From NCBI GenBank assembly GCA_964632795.1, contig CAZWEZ010000006.1, positions 1 to 61,859 on the forward strand: DNA of 61,859 nt. The letters run 5' to 3'. Both the position numbers and the translations under genes were made by a program. This document shows positions 58,271-61,859 of this stretch, one piece after another. The stretch is from an uncultured Thalassospiraceae bacterium. GTDB lineage: Bacteria > Pseudomonadota > Alphaproteobacteria > Rhodospirillales > 2-02-FULL-58-16. The stretch's first letter is position 1, and every line of letters starts with the position of its first letter. A model generated the notes under the pieces. It made no database searches, was not told the DNA's origin, and was given only the letters and a program-made list of their open reading frames with translations.

Positions 58271-58305
58271 TGGTATAGACCAGAATTAAAACCTGGTCTA
58301 TACCA
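58271..58305. promoter_or_regulatory. Operator pair TGGTATAGACCA (58271-58282) and TGGTCTATACCA (58294-58305)
   Basis: The same 12-mer as in phnR, once in each orientation, upstream of the SBP gene. Confidence 0.85.
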
Positions 58306-58397
58306 AGATGGTCTGGGTTTCGGAAGCCCCAGGACAAGATTCCTGAAAAAGGAACATCCGTCCGACGAGGACAAGACAGCAAAGGGAGATTGACGAG

Positions 58398-59210
58398 ATG
58401 AACCGATTCACCAAACTGCTAACTCTGGGTATCTGCGCATTGGGACTGAGCGTGTTTGCCCACAACGCGTTGGCCGATGTGGTCAGCGATATCGTCAAGC
58501 GGGGGGAATTGCGCGTCGCCGTACAGACCCAGGGACCACCGGTGAGCTACGTCGACACCAAGGGCAACCGCACCGGCTTCGCGGTCGAGCTCGTCAAGAT
58601 GATGGCCGAGGACATGGGCGTGAAGCTCAAGCTTCTCGACTACGACTGGAAGGGACTGATCCCCGCCGTCACTTCGGGCAAGGCTGATTTCCTGGCCGCC
58701 GACATGACGCCTAAGCCCAAGCGTGCGCTGGTTCTGATTTTCACCGAACCGTACATGTACAGCCGAAACGTCATTTACGCGAAGAAGTCCAAGCCGTTCA
58801 GGAAATGGCAGGACGCCTGCGTCAAGGGTGTCTCGGTCGCCGTGGTCCAGGGCAGCAGCAACGTCGGAGTGCTCAAGGCCAAGTGCCCGCTGGCGACGAT
58901 CAAGGAATTCGCCGGCGGCGGGCCCGCCGTCGCCCAGGCCGTCTCCGCCGACCGCGCCGATGCCGGGATCAACGACGAGGCCTCGGCAAAAGGGTATATG
59001 ATCGAGTATCCGGAATTCTGGATTCTCGATGGCGCGCCCGATAGAGGGCCGCTCAGCTTCGCCACCCGGCCCGAGGAAACCCACCTGGTCAGGTGGATGG
59101 ACAACTACTTGATGTTGATCAAGGCCGACGGCCGCATGGACAAGCTCTTGGACTACTGGATGTTTGGCACCGCCTGGAAGACGGAGCAGACGCCAGTGCC
59201 GAAACAATAG
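58398..59210 (+). CDS. Polar amino-acid ABC substrate-binding protein (family 3)
   Basis: Signal peptide; GELRVAV, GFAVEL...A.DMGVKL, W.GLIPA..SGKAD. Confidence 0.93.
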   Translation: MNRFTKLLTLGICALGLSVFAHNALADVVSDIVKRGELRVAVQTQGPPVSYVDTKGNRTGFAVELVKMMAEDMGVKLKLLDYDWKGLIPAVTSGKADFLAADMTPKPKRALVLIFTEPYMYSRNVIYAKKSKPFRKWQDACVKGVSVAVVQGSSNVGVLKAKCPLATIKEFAGGGPAVAQAVSADRADAGINDEASAKGYMIEYPEFWILDGAPDRGPLSFATRPEETHLVRWMDNYLMLIKADGRMDKLLDYWMFGTAWKTEQTPVPKQ

Positions 59211-59238
59211 GCGAAGATAAGCGCCTTCGTTGCGATCC

Positions 59239-59269
59239 CGGGGGCTCCGCCGGCATGGTGGAGCCCCCG
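59239..59269 (+). terminator. Stable stem-loop between the SBP and permease genes
   Basis: CGGGGGCTCC/GGAGCCCCCG perfect 10-bp arms with no U tract; more likely an mRNA-stability hairpin than a true terminator. Confidence 0.5.
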
Positions 59270-59310
59270 TTATAGCGACCGGACAGGTTCCGGAAATCCG
59301 GCGGTAATCC

Positions 59311-59994
59311 ATGGATTGGATCCTCGATTTCTACAACTACCGCGTCGCCGTCCAGTATGTACCGGAGTTCACGCGGGGCATTACGGCGACCGCCTGGATT
59401 TCGGCGGTGTCGCTGGTTTTGTCCCTGGTCATCGGCACGGTGGCCGCCATCATGCGGATGTCCGCCAACCCGATCCTGTGGCGCATCGCCGCCGGCTACG
59501 TGCAGGCGATCCGCTCGACGCCGCTGCTGATCCAGATCTATGTGATCTATTTCAGCCTGCCGGCGCTGCCCCTGCTCGGCCGCCGCCTGGACGAGATCGA
59601 AGGGGGCATCATCGCGCTCGGCCTCAACGCCGGCGCCTACATGAGCGAGATCATCCGCGCCGGCATCGAGTCCATCTCACGCGAGCAGGTCGAGGGCGCC
59701 CAGTCCGTCGGCATGACCTATCTGCAGCGCATGCGTCACGTGGTGCTGCCGCAGGCTTTCGCCAACGTCCTGCCGCCGCTGCTCGGCCAGACGGCGGTTC
59801 TCATCAAGGACTCATCCCTGGTCAGTTTCATCGGCGTCTTCGAGCTTTTCGGCGCCGGCTTGACGGTTCTCAGCGAGCGGCTGATGCCCAACGAAGCGTT
59901 CCTTACGGTCGCCGTCCTATACCTGGCGATTTACGGGGTCATGCTGTTTCTCTCCGATTACGCTCAGCGCCGACTGGGCGGGGTTCGGGGCTGA
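59311..59994 (+). CDS. Polar amino-acid ABC permease
   Basis: RSTPLLIQ, GAYMSEIIRAGI, EGA.SVGM, KDSSL. Confidence 0.94.
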   Translation: MDWILDFYNYRVAVQYVPEFTRGITATAWISAVSLVLSLVIGTVAAIMRMSANPILWRIAAGYVQAIRSTPLLIQIYVIYFSLPALPLLGRRLDEIEGGIIALGLNAGAYMSEIIRAGIESISREQVEGAQSVGMTYLQRMRHVVLPQAFANVLPPLLGQTAVLIKDSSLVSFIGVFELFGAGLTVLSERLMPNEAFLTVAVLYLAIYGVMLFLSDYAQRRLGGVRG

Positions 59995-59995
59995 T

Positions 59996-60670
59996 ATGAC
60001 CACGTTCGATGTGATTTCGGCCACCATGCCCTTCCTTCTGGAAGGATTGTGGATGACCTTCAAGATTTCGCTCATCACTATCATCTGCGGAAGTCTGCTC
60101 GGCTTCGTCGTCGGGATGCTGCGTACGGTGGGCGGCTGGCTCGTTTACGCGGCGCTGGGACTTTACATCCATACGTTGCGGGGGACGCCGTTCCTGGTCC
60201 ATCTCTACATCATTTACTTCGTGCTGCCGGCGACGGGAATTTCGTGGCTGCAGCTGGAAGCCTTTCCGGCGGCGGTGATCGCCCTCAGTCTCTACACCTC
60301 GACCTACGTGTCGGAGATCGTGCGGGCGGCGATCCAGGCGGTGCCCCGCGGCCAGACCGAAGCGGCGCGCTCGACCGGAATGACGACCCTACAGTGCATG
60401 TGGCACGTGGTGCTGCCCCAAGCCCTGAAACTGATGATCCCGCCGATGGGCGGTATTTACGTCATCATCATCAAGGGCACTTCCATCGTCTCGGTCATCG
60501 GCATCGCCGAGTTGGTCCGGGCCGGTGAACACGCCACCCAGCGCCACCCCAGGGAACTGATGGTGATCTACGGTCTGACGGCGCTGATGTACTTCACCTA
60601 CTGCTATCCCGTCCTGCGTATCGCCCGCTGGGCCGAAAGCAAGTTCGGCAGCGTTCGCTTGCCGTCGTGA
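59996..60670 (+). CDS. Polar amino-acid ABC permease
   Basis: RGTPFLV, YVSEIVRAAIQAVPRGQTEAA, KGTSI. Confidence 0.94.
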   Translation: MTTFDVISATMPFLLEGLWMTFKISLITIICGSLLGFVVGMLRTVGGWLVYAALGLYIHTLRGTPFLVHLYIIYFVLPATGISWLQLEAFPAAVIALSLYTSTYVSEIVRAAIQAVPRGQTEAARSTGMTTLQCMWHVVLPQALKLMIPPMGGIYVIIIKGTSIVSVIGIAELVRAGEHATQRHPRELMVIYGLTALMYFTYCYPVLRIARWAESKFGSVRLPS

Positions 60671-60721
60671 GTCGGACCGGCTCGCGCCGACGGCAACCAG
60701 GGATCAAGGACGAAACAAAAA

Positions 60722-61753
60722 ATGGAAATCGAAAACAGAAGAATTCGGCTTGGAGTCCACTCCGTCAGCTTTGCCAACCATCGCCGCTACAAAGAAGGCT
60801 TCGATGTCTACGCCCTGATCGATGCGGCGGCGGGCCTCGGCGTGTCCGGGGTCCATATCAGCCTGAATGACGCCAATTACCGCTGGATTGGCGGCACCTC
60901 ACCGGGCCGGCTTCGGGCCGTCGGCGAGGCGGTGCGGGCGCACGGCATGTTTTTGGAAATCGACACCTCGGGGACCGGCGAGGAACACCTGATCAAGCTC
61001 CTCAATGCCGCCCGGATGCTCGGCGCGGACCGGCTCAGAACCTATGTCACGGTGGAGGGAAGCCCCGAGGAAAGGGCGCTCGCGACCATCCGCGGTCTAC
61101 GCGGGGCGGTGCCCGTCGCGGCGGATCTGGGAATCATGCTCCTGCTTGAAAATCACGAGGACTTCACCGGCCGGGAGATCGCTCGCATCATGGAGGAGGT
61201 GGACCACCCCTCGGTCGGAGCGTTGTACGATTTCGGAAACTCGATGATGGTCCTGGAGGACCCCATGGAGGCGGCAAAGGCGATGGCGCCCTTCGTCCGC
61301 ACGGTTCATTTGAAGGATCACATCCTGACCGAGGACCCCGGCCTCTCCGGCGCGGCGGCGGGGGAGAACACGATCGTGTGTGGGGTGCCTATCGGCCGGG
61401 GGAACATCGATATCGAGGGAATCCTCGGCTTCCTGCTGAAAAACACCAACCTGAACCGGGTGTGCATTCAGAGCGTTTACGGTTACCGGGCGCCTATCGC
61501 CAGAAACCTGTCCCATCTTGGAGAGGCGGCGCGGCGGTATCCGGTTTTCGTTCGTGAAAACGGCCTTTTGGACGAATCCATCTGTATCATGGACGCCGAA
61601 TCGCTTTCCCGCGTCGATCCCGGCCGACTCCTGAACTACGAGCTGAGCGCCGTTGCGCTGGGGGTCGGGAAAGTGCGAGAGATCCTTGTCGACCTTGGCT
61701 TCCATTTCGTTTCCAGCGGCCTCTGCGTGGAGTACAAGCAAAGGGCCGGATGA
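60722..61753 (+). CDS. Xylose isomerase-like TIM-barrel protein (sugar phosphate isomerase/epimerase family)
   Basis: LLLENHED, LYDFGN and VHLKD metal motifs, G.GNID. Confidence 0.85.
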   Translation: MEIENRRIRLGVHSVSFANHRRYKEGFDVYALIDAAAGLGVSGVHISLNDANYRWIGGTSPGRLRAVGEAVRAHGMFLEIDTSGTGEEHLIKLLNAARMLGADRLRTYVTVEGSPEERALATIRGLRGAVPVAADLGIMLLLENHEDFTGREIARIMEEVDHPSVGALYDFGNSMMVLEDPMEAAKAMAPFVRTVHLKDHILTEDPGLSGAAAGENTIVCGVPIGRGNIDIEGILGFLLKNTNLNRVCIQSVYGYRAPIARNLSHLGEAARRYPVFVRENGLLDESICIMDAESLSRVDPGRLLNYELSAVALGVGKVREILVDLGFHFVSSGLCVEYKQRAG

Positions 61754-61859
61754 TTGCCCTCCGGGAACCGATAGCGGCCTGCGTCATTAGAGCATTCCAG
61801 GATTGATCACGTTCACGCGATCAATCCACGTTCAAACGCCACGCAGGCTTACGCCCGCT

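Noticed and set aside
61802-61825. FNR/FixK box (TTGAT..ATCAA)
   Set aside because: The half-site spacing is far longer than the required 4 bp.

Overview
High-GC alphaproteobacterial chromosomal window (Rhodospirillales-like gene set; the taxon is inferred, not determined). Housekeeping blocks (gatCAB, ruvX, pyrB-pyrC-plsY, rmuC, PiT/DUF47, rhomboid-NfeD-SPFH) alternate with catabolic modules: a betaine-type ABC importer with a GMC oxidoreductase, two choline-kinase-like genes and a GcvT-family dehydrogenase; acetoacetate-CoA ligase; an isolated boxC-boxB pair; a polyamine-type ABC importer with creatininase; betaine-homocysteine methyltransferase; and a PhnR-like regulon with four 12-bp operators. 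Small mobile or repeat DNA is unusually dense. It includes two TIR-bounded MITE-like elements with unrelated ends but a homologous internal core, a TIR-flanked Y1 (RAYT-type) transposase inside a 41-bp duplication of a gene tail, a REP-flanked GIY-YIG gene inserted into gatAB, and a covarying REPIN-like inverted repeat. The strongest candidate for something undescribed is the AT-richer 33.5-35.8 kb island: a near-consensus sigma70 promoter, a three-hairpin ~140-nt transcript and a terminator (candidate sRNA), a basic DUF6641-like ORF between 68-bp direct repeats, and a signal-less trypsin-like protease. A degenerate GTCCGCTT..AAGCNGAC hairpin family marks this island and both ends of a second one. 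Other highlights are a P-loop/FHA/PPP-phosphatase fusion protein and a probably leaderless phnR whose operators lie inside its own first codons. No rRNA, tRNA or CRISPR array was recognised. All family names come from motif recognition by eye and need HMM confirmation.
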